A stretch of DNA of 64,000 nt from Pelomyxa schiedti (Eukaryota > Protista > Evosea). The stretch covers positions 62,001 to 126,000 of the forward strand of contig JAHLWZ010000455.1 in NCBI GenBank assembly GCA_020536535.1, written 5' to 3'. The notes under the pieces were generated by a model. It did not search any database, had not been told where the DNA came from, and was given only the letters and a program-made list of their open reading frames with translations. Every line of letters starts with the position of its first letter. Position 1 is the first letter of the stretch. Both the position numbers and the translations under genes were made by a program. This document shows, in pieces, positions 22,732 to 34,099 of this stretch.

Positions 22732-24499
22732 TTACTGTCTGATACCTCGAACCAAGATTCCGTAAATGAAGTGAACCCCATACCTTGGGGTGTACCATTC
22801 CATGGCGTTTGCGTCAATACATGGATCAGTCGGAGTGTTAGTACAAGTTGTTTGTCCCACAGTGTAGGACCCTGTGTTGGAGTTTGAGCTACAGGGTGGA
22901 GGAGGAGTAATAACCTGGAAGGATGCGTAGCTGAAGTACAACTTGCATAGCATGGCCCTGAAAGCGGTTTCTAGTTTCCACATAAGCTGGGTGACCAACA
23001 TAGAGCAAGGATGGGGAGGTGAAAATTTGATTTGGCTGAAAGAGCTTTTTTGTGGTCAAAAAAAAAAAAAATTCTAAAGTTTACTTGCCTCAACTCTTTC
23101 ACGAGGAGTATCTCTTGGAAATTTACCCTCAATATGACCACTTCTGACAATCAGTTGTTGACCGTTAGGAAGGTATGATCCCGGACAAATCTACAGAGTA
23201 TTAATTATAACATTGAAAATCACCCACAGACCAAATGCCCGGTTTTCAGAATTCCGGGTAAAGATTCTGCCTTTGTTGCATGATAGCAGAGCTCCCAGTC
23301 AGTCCAGAGGTTTTTTGCAATGGCCCCAGCTTCATTTACATGTAGACCAAAGCGAGTCCACCCTTCTATTCTTGAATACTTCTTCAAGCCTTGACCTCTG
23401 TAGAAAAAAGGGGGCACTTTATCTCGATTTCTTGCATTACATTCCGCACAGAAACACCAATCATACTGGTGGTTGAAGAAGGTGGGACTCAGACCAGTAA
23501 TACTAGATAGAAACCTTTTTTTTTTTATTTTGATTAAGTTTTTACACATTGTTAAGATAAAGAGAGCGTACGTCCAACATAGCCTTGCTTTAGGGCACGT
23601 CATAGAGAAATTTGTTATAGGCTCTGGTATTGTGAAGACTTGTGGTGGAGTAAACGGCAGTGGCGCAAGTCCTGAGCTGAGGCACTTAACAAGAACACCA
23701 TACAAGAGATGTACTCCATGTCTGCGAGTAAACCACTCAATTTTATTGACATCATACTTCTCACACCCTGGAGGAAGCTCCAAAAGGGTAGATCTTCCAA
23801 CCTCAAAGGAACCTTTCTATTTTAGAAAAGCTCAAAGTAGAATGAATGAACCTGGTTGAATTCGCAACATTAGAGCAACCACAAATTCCTTTCCATGAAA
23901 AATAACTCTCTCGGCATGTACTGAGCTTGTGGCGTATTCAATGGAGGGAGAAGTAAATATCATATTCGGATTAATATTGGTATTCGGAATGCGCAGAGAA
24001 GCACGGGAGCCGTCAGTGCTGAATAAAGAGATAAAAATATTAGGGGAAAAACTTCAGTGAATTTGGGAAATAACCTGTCACGAAGACAAACCGGTTCTCC
24101 ATTGGCCAAGGTTTCGCCTGGGACCACCAAAAATCCAGTGTCCAGAATTCCCCTGAGCGACATTGATGTTGTTCCGTGGTAACAAACCGGCCACTTTGCC
24201 CACGCTTCCATGGCATTGACTCGCGCAGTGTCGATAGCCAGAGAGAATTTCATCCAGCCTTTCGGAATGAAGTAGTTGCTTCCGCCCCTTATGTAGATCT
24301 CTTTGTCGGAGCGACCGTCGTGGCAGCCAGGGCAATAGCAGAGATCGAAGTTGTGGTTGAAGTACGGCTGCGGCAGATGCAAGTAGTCCACAACGAACTG
24401 CCAACAAGTCCGCGCGTAGTTGCAAGTCGCGAGCGGGTTGGCGTGCCAATGCTTGGATCTCGGCGTTCCTGGGTCGATTGACGCAGTGCTTGCTGCCAT
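22732..24499 (-). CDS. Protein made of two tandem NEURL4-C-terminal-type ADP-ribosyltransferase-like domains; multi-exon
   Basis: Repeat 1: CYCPGCH...RG...PKGWMKFSL...WPVCYHGT...FTSPSIEY...LRIQPGSF...IEWF...LYGVLV. Repeat 2: CFCAEC...RG...GWTRFGL...WELCYHAT...FTSPSLLY...LRILPGSY...MEWY...IYGILV. Confidence 0.85.
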
Positions 24500-24850
24500 T
24501 TATCTATCTGGTGTTTGTTGTATCGGTCGGTCTGTTTTTGTTGTTGTATGACTGCACACTTCTTTTTTTTTCTTTTTCAGTACAAGAGTCGAAAGTTGGC
24601 AGCGCCCGCATTGGCAACAAAACAAACAACTTGCACACACAATTTGGGTTGGTGTTTTTCGTCGAAATCAGAGGTTCACTGATAACGTGCTTTTTTCCCA
24701 GGCTGGCCTGAGGATTCGGCCAGTACCATTGCTGCTAGCTCCTCTACGACTGAATCACTATTTTATTTCACTCATCTCACTTGGACCCATTTCTCATATA
24801 ACCCATTTAAAGACATGGCTAAAAATATTTATTGTGATGGATAAGATAGG

Positions 24851-26336
24851 CTAGGTATTTTTGGTCCTTGTTGTTGTGGTGGTTGTGGTAGTTGTGGGTG
24901 GCGTGGGGGTTGTTGTGGAGTGGGGCTCAGGCGGTGGGAGGGGGGTGCTGGAGTCTGGTGTGGTTGGTTTTGTGGGTTTTGCAGGATGTTGGTGGTGATG
25001 CTGATGCTGGTGCTGGTGCAGGTTGTGTGGTTTGATGTGCTTCCTCTTCTCACCTGGGGGTTTGTTTGTGACTAGTGCCGGCTTCTCTTGCACTGGAATG
25101 TGTGCTTTCACGACTGTGCCGACAGGTGACCCTGGCGGCCTCACATCAAGTGTGCCAGTGGCCCCACTTTGAGTGCTGCTCCTGGCTCGATGCTCTTCAN
25201 NNNNNNNNNNNNNNNNNNNNNNNNNNNNNNNNNNNNNNNNNNNNNNNNNNNNNNNNNNNNNNNNNNNNNNNNNNNNNNNNNNNNNNNNNNNNNNNNNNNC
25301 GGCTTCTCTTGCACTGGAATGTGTGCTTTCACGACTGTGCCGACAGGTGACCCTGGCGGCCTCACATCAAGTGTGCCAGTGGCCCCACTTTGAGTGCTGC
25401 TCCTGGCTCGATGCTCTTCATGAGAGACAAGTTCAACTGATGGCTTAAATGCACTCTTTCTCCGATTGTGCTGTGGGGATGATTGAGGTACGGGTATTGA
25501 AGCCGCGACATCTCCCGTATCGCCAGGTGTAGGGGAAAGGAAGTTGTTGATTGTTACTTGAGATTTTGCTGTAGCTACTGCTCCACCCGGTCCAACACTA
25601 GTAGCAACATCAGATGTAGAGTTACGTACTGGCACAGGTTGCAAGTGTGCATCCTTGGACTTGGGTATGAGGACCCCAGATTCTATCTATGATTGACGTG
25701 AATATTTAGATTCCCACATCAACAGTACCTTTTTTTGCCTTGGATGGAACGTACAAATATCAACTACACTGAACACCATACATGGAACCTGAAGACAAAT
25801 GAGCAAAAGTTACTAGAATGAACCCGTACACAGAAGATGGCCATAAACCCCAGAGCTGCACCAAAATACACAGGCCCCACAGCGAATTTCCACTTTAGCA
25901 AACCCCCAAAGTTGGTACCATCTCGGGTGCTCACGAAGTTAGCATCGACGACTCCAACAATATTAACAACAAGTGCAATGAAGTTAACAAGAGCCAGTGC
26001 AAGGACATACTGTAAGTTTATTGGTAACAGGGTAAATGAATAAAATTATACCATTCCAGATAACGCTTTCCTTCTGATAGCAGATGCCGCTAAGCCAACA
26101 ATGCCAGCGAGAATATATCTTTGTTATAGGTGTCAAAATTAGGAACAAAGAAAGGGAAACAAACAAAAGTCCAATGCAAATCGAAAAGTATCCCGTAACG
26201 GCACCCATAGCTAATGCATAAAGCGAACCACCAATCTTGAAACACAAGTTAAAAGACTGCAGAGGAAGAAAAAAACAAAGTAACATACCACAACACTTGT
26301 CGTCACCGGTACCATAACGAACTTAGGTATCGTCAT
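24851..26336 (-). CDS. Membrane protein (about 4 TM) with low-complexity C-terminal tail, unknown function; spans assembly gap
   Basis: Hydrophobic exons at 25750-26336 (e.g. YFSICIGLLFVSLSLFLIL, LALALVNFIALVVNIVGVV) then a P/T/H/Q-rich tail; the frame is continuous once the duplicated gap flanks are collapsed. Confidence 0.55.
25200..25299. other. 100-N scaffold gap with duplicated flanks
   Basis: 25079-25199 is repeated at 25300-25420, as expected from unmerged overlapping contig ends. Confidence 0.9.
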
Positions 26337-26653
26337 CGTAGATCTTGTACTAGTACTCAACTCACCACGTGATGGTTTTCCACGACAAGTGCGGTGCACA
26401 ACATTTTTCCCACCACGGCTCTTATTTTTGCGTGGAAAATGGGCCCAATTAAATTGCCGTTCTAAGTTCTGGAGGGAAGACAACAAAGTCTGGGGATAAC
26501 AGTTTATTTATAAAATACACGAGGAAGAGCTTATTGGGTTACAAGGGGTGAGGGGTGAGATTGTCGACAAGTGATGGCAATTTCACTTTTCCGTTAACTG
26601 CCTCAGCTCTCTTTTCGCTCTTCCAATTAAAGGCGGGGATTGTACAACACGGC

Positions 26654-29600
26654 ATGTCGTTCGCGCCCAAAGGTACCATTATTTGATGTACTTTTTTTCG
26701 TTTGGCATAATTACATAGTAATCCCCCGCTGTTGGTGCCTTTGGCTGTGGCCGAAACACTCAAACTATTTATTAAACGCACGTGCATTGTGCACGTGTAC
26801 TTGAACAGCCTTAGCGCATTTTGACAAGGCGATCAACGACTATCGGGATCGACTCGAGAAACAACCGCACAAGGAGAACGAGACTGGGGAGGGCATCGTA
26901 ATATGTGCGAGAAAAAGGCCCCTCAATGACACAGAACGGGATCAGAGAATGATGGATACGGTAAGCTGCTGTGCATTATGTTTGTTTTTGTTTGCTGGGA
27001 ATTCCTGTTTCGAAGGACATAATTTAATGAGGTTACCAGGTCACAGCCAGAAATCCCATCATCACAATACATGACTGTAAATTGAAAGTTGACAACTCTC
27101 CCATGGTAGAGAACAACGAATTTTGCCTTGACCACACGTTTGATGAAGGTGAATTCCCCTTGATTCTTTCTCGGAGGCACTTTGAAGGCAAATAAAGGAA
27201 TACACTGAAACAATACAGGTGCTTCAACAGATGAAGTATATTGTTCGGTTATCAGACCCCTTGTCAGGTTATGTGTAAATGATGGCATAGGCACTTGTTT
27301 TGCCTACGGTTGAAGCTTTTCATAATGCTGCTCTTGTTAATAATAGTAGGTCAGACTGGAAGTGGAAAAACCTTCACAATTACTGGTATCGAGGAACGTG
27401 CAGCTACTGATGTGAGCCTCGTTATTGCCTAAACATGACATCGCAATTCACCACTTTTTCCAGCTTTTTGCATTTTTGGAAGGTAAAGGTCTTCTTCAGG
27501 CCAGAAGGTACAGAAGATTGCTTTTATATTTTTTTTCTCAATATTCCTTATGTAGTGTGCACATCGGATTTTTCGAGCTTGCAGGAGAACGGAGCTACGA
27601 CCTTCTACACAATCGTGTAGAATGTTTTATTCGTGAAGATGAGCTGGGTGACATACATGTTCAAAATCTGGAAACTATCCAAGTACACAACGGTCAGTCT
27701 TCAGTGTTGCAATTTCAATCTAATATGCGGTATAGCACAAGAATTACTTCATTGGGTATCTGTTGGCAGTGAGCACAGATGCACCAGAGCAACAGCTAAA
27801 AATGAAGCATCTTCACGGACACATGCAATATGTCAGATAACATTGCGGGATCATGCAAGCAAAGATAAAGGAAAATTGATATTGGTCGATTTAGCTGGAA
27901 GTGAGCGCTCGAGGTCTCTTATTCATACACTGTTGTTTTTTAACTTTGTACCAAGTGACTCTGCTGCTCATGACCAAGAACGACAACGGGAATCCATTGC
28001 AATCAATAAATCATTAATGGCTCTCAAGGAATGCATAAGGTATTCACTCACTATTACTATCTTTTAGTCAACTTAATAACAAGGTACCGAGTGATGGAAA
28101 TGAAGAATAGTTCTGTGTTTGTCCCTTTCAGGGGGAGCAAGCTCACCATGCTTCTGAAAGAGAGTTTCACACGTAGAGACGTTGGAACTGTAGTGATCGT
28201 TACAGTCTCTCCAATCATTGCTGATGCTAATCACTCATTGAATACATGTTGGTTTGCAGACCGGATAAAAGTTGCTCTTCTCCTTTCCTATCACAATGTA
28301 ACTTTTTCAAGGAAAAAGCAACCAACGGAGGCAACACACCAACCGACCCGGATGATCCCCATAACTGGGGTAAGAAAGAAGTGGCCGACTGGGTTCGTAG
28401 CGTAGTTGGTCCTGGAAGGAAAACAGAGCGCCTTTTTACGCCGATGACAGGTATTACTTGCTCTTACATAATGAATTTTCATGTGATCCTAGGGAAGAGG
28501 CTATGTAACTTGACAATTGAGGAATTCGCTGCTAACTGCAGTATTGAAACTGCTGGAAGATTGTGTGCTAAATTTTCTATTTCCAGCTTTAACAGTTCAC
28601 AGATTATATGACGAACTGCACAAGTTGATACAAAACGCTAAAGCTAGAGAGCAAGCCCGTCTATTGAAGAAAAAAGCAGGTATCATTGACGTAGACTGTC
28701 CTACTTCCATTTTTTCTAAGTCTATTTCAAAGAAAAGTCCGCAGCAGTCGAAACTACCCCTACACCACAACCCCATGCATTATCTCCACCATTACCTTCA
28801 GCATCTACGAATCTCCCCTCATCATCCACAACATCAACAAAACCCGCAATTGCTCCAAGAACAAGCCTCGCACCAGCACATAACACAAGACTTAAAAGGC
28901 GAAGATCTGTCAACCCAGAGGACGGTATGGCCATGCTCTATTTTAAACGGATGGCTAAGTCAAGAAATCTCCAACCACCAAAAAAACAGCAGCGAAAGCC
29001 GTGGCAGAAACAGATAACGTGCCGCACCACAGCAAATCTAGACAATCTCTGATTCCTCTTCCCCGGAAGTCCGATGCATTTCAAGCACCTCCCCCACCTC
29101 CACAGCTACCTACACAATCACAACCTCACCCTGGGGCTTCATTGCAGCTCCATACACACACATCGCCCCCACTCCAGTCACTTCCTCCGCTACCGTCACA
29201 CCCAGAGGCTCCCCAACAGCCTCCACAACAACCAACTTTACTTCATAGACCACACACAACCACAAATACCACAAATACCACGACGATCACTGTATCACAA
29301 CCCACAGTCGCACCCCCTGTAACAGCACCCTGCCGAATAACCCACAACAAAGCCGAATTTGAGCACTTGTATGAAACCCTTAAGCAGTCTGTGAATGATG
29401 AACTTATTGTTGGGCATGCTGGATTTGCGTCACCCCTGAAACTGGATGGAGTCTCATTTCCGCTGAATGATTTGGTGTGTGCTTGTCCCTCCAACTCAAA
29501 TCTAAATTATAAGGAGATAAATTCCAATCCTTAACCTTCTAATTTTCTTTCAGAGCCGGCTACAACAATGGGTAGGCTATGCCGCGGATACCTATCGATC

Positions 29601-29979
29601 ATTTATTGCCGCTTCAAACAGGCTTCTGGTTAGTGTGGTTGCCCGTGTTGGAGAAGCCCGCGGAAACTTCATGGCACAACTCCACGAAGGCACAGACAGA
29701 GAGCGAGAAGAAGCGTGGCTGGAATTCTACTCACAACTCCGCATGGGGCTCAGCTACCATGAAGTCTGTGACTTGGCCGGAGTCTGCCAGTTAGCCAGCG
29801 AGTACCCGCGGTTGTTCTATACCCACGTTCCATTTGCCATGCTGGCTCCGTTCTGCAGCCTTCTGAGGGTGAGGTTCGCCAATGAGCGGGACTTTTGGTC
29901 TCACTTTGGCTTCTGTGAGACCACGCACTCCTACAGCCTCGGGGAAATGGAGTTCGTGGACGATTCAAGCAAGCCTTGA
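26654..29979 (+). CDS. Kinesin-13 (microtubule depolymerase) followed by SAM-like domain, Pro-rich linker and unknown C-terminal domain; multi-exon, start uncertain
   Basis: ICARKRPLN, KLKVD finger, FAYGQTGSGKT P-loop, NEASSRTHA, VDLAGSER, INKSLMALKECIR, PFRGSKLT; then PHNWGKKEVADWV...MTGKRLCNLTIEEF. Confidence 0.88.
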
Positions 29980-30372
29980 ACAGAAAACATGCAAAAAACC
30001 ATTTGAACAAAGAACAGTTGAACAGGGAAAAAATCAAACGAAACGATTTCCACCCCACTTCACGGCGATTTCAATGCGCGGGGAGAAAAAAAAGAAGCAG
30101 CACGGGTATTCAAGAAATCAACAAAAAAAAGTTCGCTTAGAGGAAATCAGATTTCGCGTGGCCGTTTTGTGCGATGACTTTCCTCATTTGGCTAGCGAAG
30201 GTTGCAAAATCGCCGGGGCAGCACAAAAACCACCCTTCGGCAAAGGCCCTTTTTATACGCACCTTTGGCTCTTTTTCATTTTAAATTAAATAAAAAAGAA
30301 ACTAGTACAAGACAGCACAAAGAGGGTGAGCAGAACCTGACACTACTACAACACAACAACAAGAACCACAAA

Positions 30373-31326
30373 ATGAGTGACAACATGGCAACAATGGAAG
30401 GAGCCAAGGACGTTCCAAAAACCACCAACGAAACAGCACAACAACAACCCGCAGCAACTACAGCATCAGATGTAACATCGTTCCCAGTACTTGAGACCAC
30501 ACCCCCTGGCCAGGCACACGTGGCCTCCGCCGTGGCTCTCCTCCTCTCGACCCTGGTCAGGTGCACGGCCGAGGCCCAGTCCCGAGGCCGATCCAAGTTG
30601 GACGCGGCAACTTGCGCCCAATTCTCGGGCCCAGGGGGCCAGCCACCGGCCATTGGAATTGAAGACTATCTCATCCGGTAGGCTTTTATTTACCTAATTC
30701 AGAGATAGTCATTGGCTTTCTTACTTACATATTTTGTAGAATTGAGACACATTCTGGGTGCACCAGATCGGCGTTGGTGGCTGCCCTTGTTTATGTTGAC
30801 AGAGTGCTACATCTCAACCCTCTGTTCGCAGTCACCGAAGGAAACGTCCACAGACTCATCCTCACTTGTATAGTCTTGGCAATCAAGCATCACGAGGACA
30901 CATTCTACACAAACGCGTACTACTCCAAGGTCGGTGGAGTTTCTCTTGCGGAAATGAATGTTCTGGAAGTCCGCCTTCTCAACTTGCTCCACTTTGAACT
31001 GTACATCAGTGACAAGCAGTTCGCGGTGTATGAGGCTGCCTTGAAGGCCGCTCTCGATGCCGGTAATTCAGCTTTCCGATGCCACTTTGGTCTTCCTAAC
31101 TCCTTCCCTAGTCGAACAATCAGAGTCAGAGAGTGATTCTGACGACGAACCTTCAGAAGCGGCACACAAGGCAGAACAAGAACCAGTAGCAGTGATCACA
31201 CCCATACCAAGGGCAGTCACACCAGTCGCAAGGAGATGCAGAAGTGCTTCCATCGGCGCCTCAAAAATGCGCGGCGATGTGGAAGCCATATCTCCAATAC
31301 GAACTGAACTGGCGTGTGCATCTTAA
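30373..31326 (+). CDS. Pho80/P/U-type cyclin; multi-exon
   Basis: PAIGIEDYLIR...ALVYVDRV...NVHRLILTCIVLAIKHHEDTFYTNAYYSKVGGVSLAEMNVLE. Confidence 0.92.
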
Positions 31327-31632
31327 CTGCTGTACACGCTTATGTCGACGTCTGCATTTCGCAGACAGAGCAGCACCTCAAAATCAACAAATCACCTATG
31401 TACAAGCCCAGCTAGTGAGTGTTGTGTATTTGTAAAAGTGATGTAAATTGCAGCAATAAAGACTCAATTATGGAAGAATGCACTATGAAATTTCTTTGTT
31501 TCTTATCCGGTTCTCATTTTAGGGTGTTTTGTGCCACTGGCACTGTATCCCTTCTACAACCTTTTACTGTAAAAATTGTACAGTGATGAGAGAAAATGGA
31601 GAGGTGACTGCTCTGTGGTGTATTGACATCAT

Positions 31633-33959
31633 TCATTCATTTGCGGCCCGTCCGTTTTGGTTGGAGAAAGTGAATGTCCTCCAATTGAAGTTGAAGGTGT
31701 CCGGCTGTCCGAGATGTGAATGGCCGGACCACAGTGGGTCCAACCAGCTGAACGGGGGGCACTGTGAATTGACTGGGGGACCGCTTATGCCTCTTAATGT
31801 GACGGACCAGGGTTCCTGCTGGCCGGAGACGCCTGAAGCACACACAACTTTTCCGTCTGTAGCACCGTGTGTGCCTTGCTCCCACCAACTGTCATACCTG
31901 TGCACAAAAGTTACTTGACAAATATTGAAACTGATAATAATACGGGGAGTCTAGTGTTGGGCCACCAAGAATGTCAAATCTAGCTGCAATGGCATTACCA
32001 GGGTACCCTTGAGACAGGGGATCGGTCTGGTAGTTGTTGCCTTTTCGTGTAAGTGATGTTGTATCCAAACAAATTTTGGAATACTGAGTATGAAAGTTTC
32101 CACGTCATCCCTTGATGCAATCGAACCTATTGTCTAGTCAATTAACCCTTTGAAAATATACAGAGGAGTTTTCTAACTGGCATCTCTATCGAAGATCTGC
32201 GCACGAGGGCACTTACTCCAAGAGAACATATCACCATAATATGCAGTAGCATTTGCATAACCCATTTCTGAATTAGATAAGCTTCCAGGAATGAGAAGCA
32301 ATGTCATACCGACAAAAACTCTTTTGTAGAATGGCCGGTTGTAAGATTGCCAATATCCATGTTCAGAAAGCCACTGGGTTTGATCTTGGGAAACATGTGC
32401 ATTTCCTGGCATACCTTCCATAACCCAAAAGGTGCCAGGTTTTAAATCATAGCCACTCAAAAATAATTTCAAGTCTGAAAATGTGATCAACTTGGGCATT
32501 TTTGGGTGCAGAAGAAACCTAAAATCATCCACTGACTGGGGTGAAAACGATGTTGGCCGAGGGGAAATTTTTTATTACCTGGTTATTATAGGTGCCACTA
32601 TCCTGAGTTGCAACTAGTTGGGCCCAGTGGCTGGCATTCTGAGCTACTCTGTTGGCAGTGATTGCCCGAACCCAGTATAACACACTCTGTGGGACAATTA
32701 AAGAAAAAAGTTCATCTCGGCATATGTCATTTGTTGTCTCGGTTATTGCGAGCCGTGTGCCCTCTTGAGGTAGGAAAGCATATTATTAAATTAATTTAGC
32801 TTTCTAACTTAAAGATTACCTGTGACATAGAAGTCGTCATGCGACACAAGAATCCCAGGGTATCCAGCAAATACTACACCTTCGGACGCGGCACCAGGCA
32901 AGTTGGGGATATGGTAGTACTTCATGGTACGGAGCATTGTTTCAAAGCTCGTCCACGTGTTGTGTGCCATGTATATATCAGAGTTCCCTGGTAAGACACC
33001 AACGATTGCAGTGCAACGGCCCTGGAATGTGTATCAGTGATTCTACAAATACTTGGAGTGAAATAACCCTCAGGGACAGATAGCGGTGAAGTTGGGCAGC
33101 TGTCATGTGGGAAATCCGGTGAGTGTGCTCCGTGTCAACAGCTGAAAGGATGTCTCCCATGTCGCCAATTGAATTAAGTAAGAGGAAGTCCATAACAGAG
33201 AGTAATTCTGTGGTGTTTGTCTGCACTTAGTGTGAGGACAATAGAAAGACTTTTTTTTGCTTCGGAATACCGTGGCATTAGTGTATCCTTCTTGAAGACC
33301 ATAAAGTTGTTGATACACGAGATTTACTTGATCCCAGAATATTCGATTGGTTTCACTGGTTTCAATCTGTTCTTCAACCCATTTCACGTTTTCTTGCATC
33401 CATGTTAGTACCTGAGGAGGAGGCACTCCCCCAGTTTGCGAGAATGTGTCAGAAAAAGAATTCACCTGATCTAAGATTACGACATTCACTGTTAACAGGA
33501 AGGAAACACTTTTGTCTGGTAAATTCTAGTTCTCGTCAACCATCCTTCAAGAAATCCGCAAGCACGCATAGTAAGTGAAGGCTGAGTAGAGGCAAGTGTA
33601 TCATTGGAATACAGTTCGAGCACCGACCACCCATCATCAGCTATCGTGTCCTTTTGCAGACATACTGGATTAATGCTCACTTGGAGTGAATGCCACACAT
33701 TTAATTGCCAATGAAAAAGATCACAGAAGTAGACACCTGGAAGTAGCCCCAGCAAACAGAGTCCTTCTCAGGCAAACCAGGAAGCACAACAAAGGTATTA
33801 TGGGTAACGACGCAATGGTAACACGAAGGAGCAGATCTGACGTTGCTGAGAATGATACAAACGCCGCGACAACACACTCACGTACAAAGATGAGATCTCG
33901 CCCAACAACAACGAAAGCACGATAAGCCCCAAAGTGGCAACGACGCTCCCCGCCATCAT
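31633..33959 (-). CDS. Phospholipase B-like (PLBD, Ntn-hydrolase) precursor; multi-exon
   Basis: Signal peptide; GWSVLEL...GFLEGWLT; nucleophile site GRCTAIV...AHNTW; SHDDFY; WQSYNRPFY; PRAQIFDRD; GATDGKV; HLGQPDTFNFNW. Confidence 0.9.
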
Positions 33960-34099
33960 TTTTTCGAAAAAAATAAAAAAAAAGGTGAACAAACGGGCTG
34001 CAGGAACTTGGTGCGAAAAAAATCTTAATCACCCGGCGCGTGTTGGCAGGAGTTTTCCTGCAGTTTGTTGATTCATTTTTTTAAAAAACAACAGGAACG

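Noticed and set aside
25079-25420. 121 bp direct repeat flanking 100 Ns
   Set aside because: Exact duplication on both sides of a fixed-size gap indicates unmerged contig overlap; collapsing it restores one reading frame.
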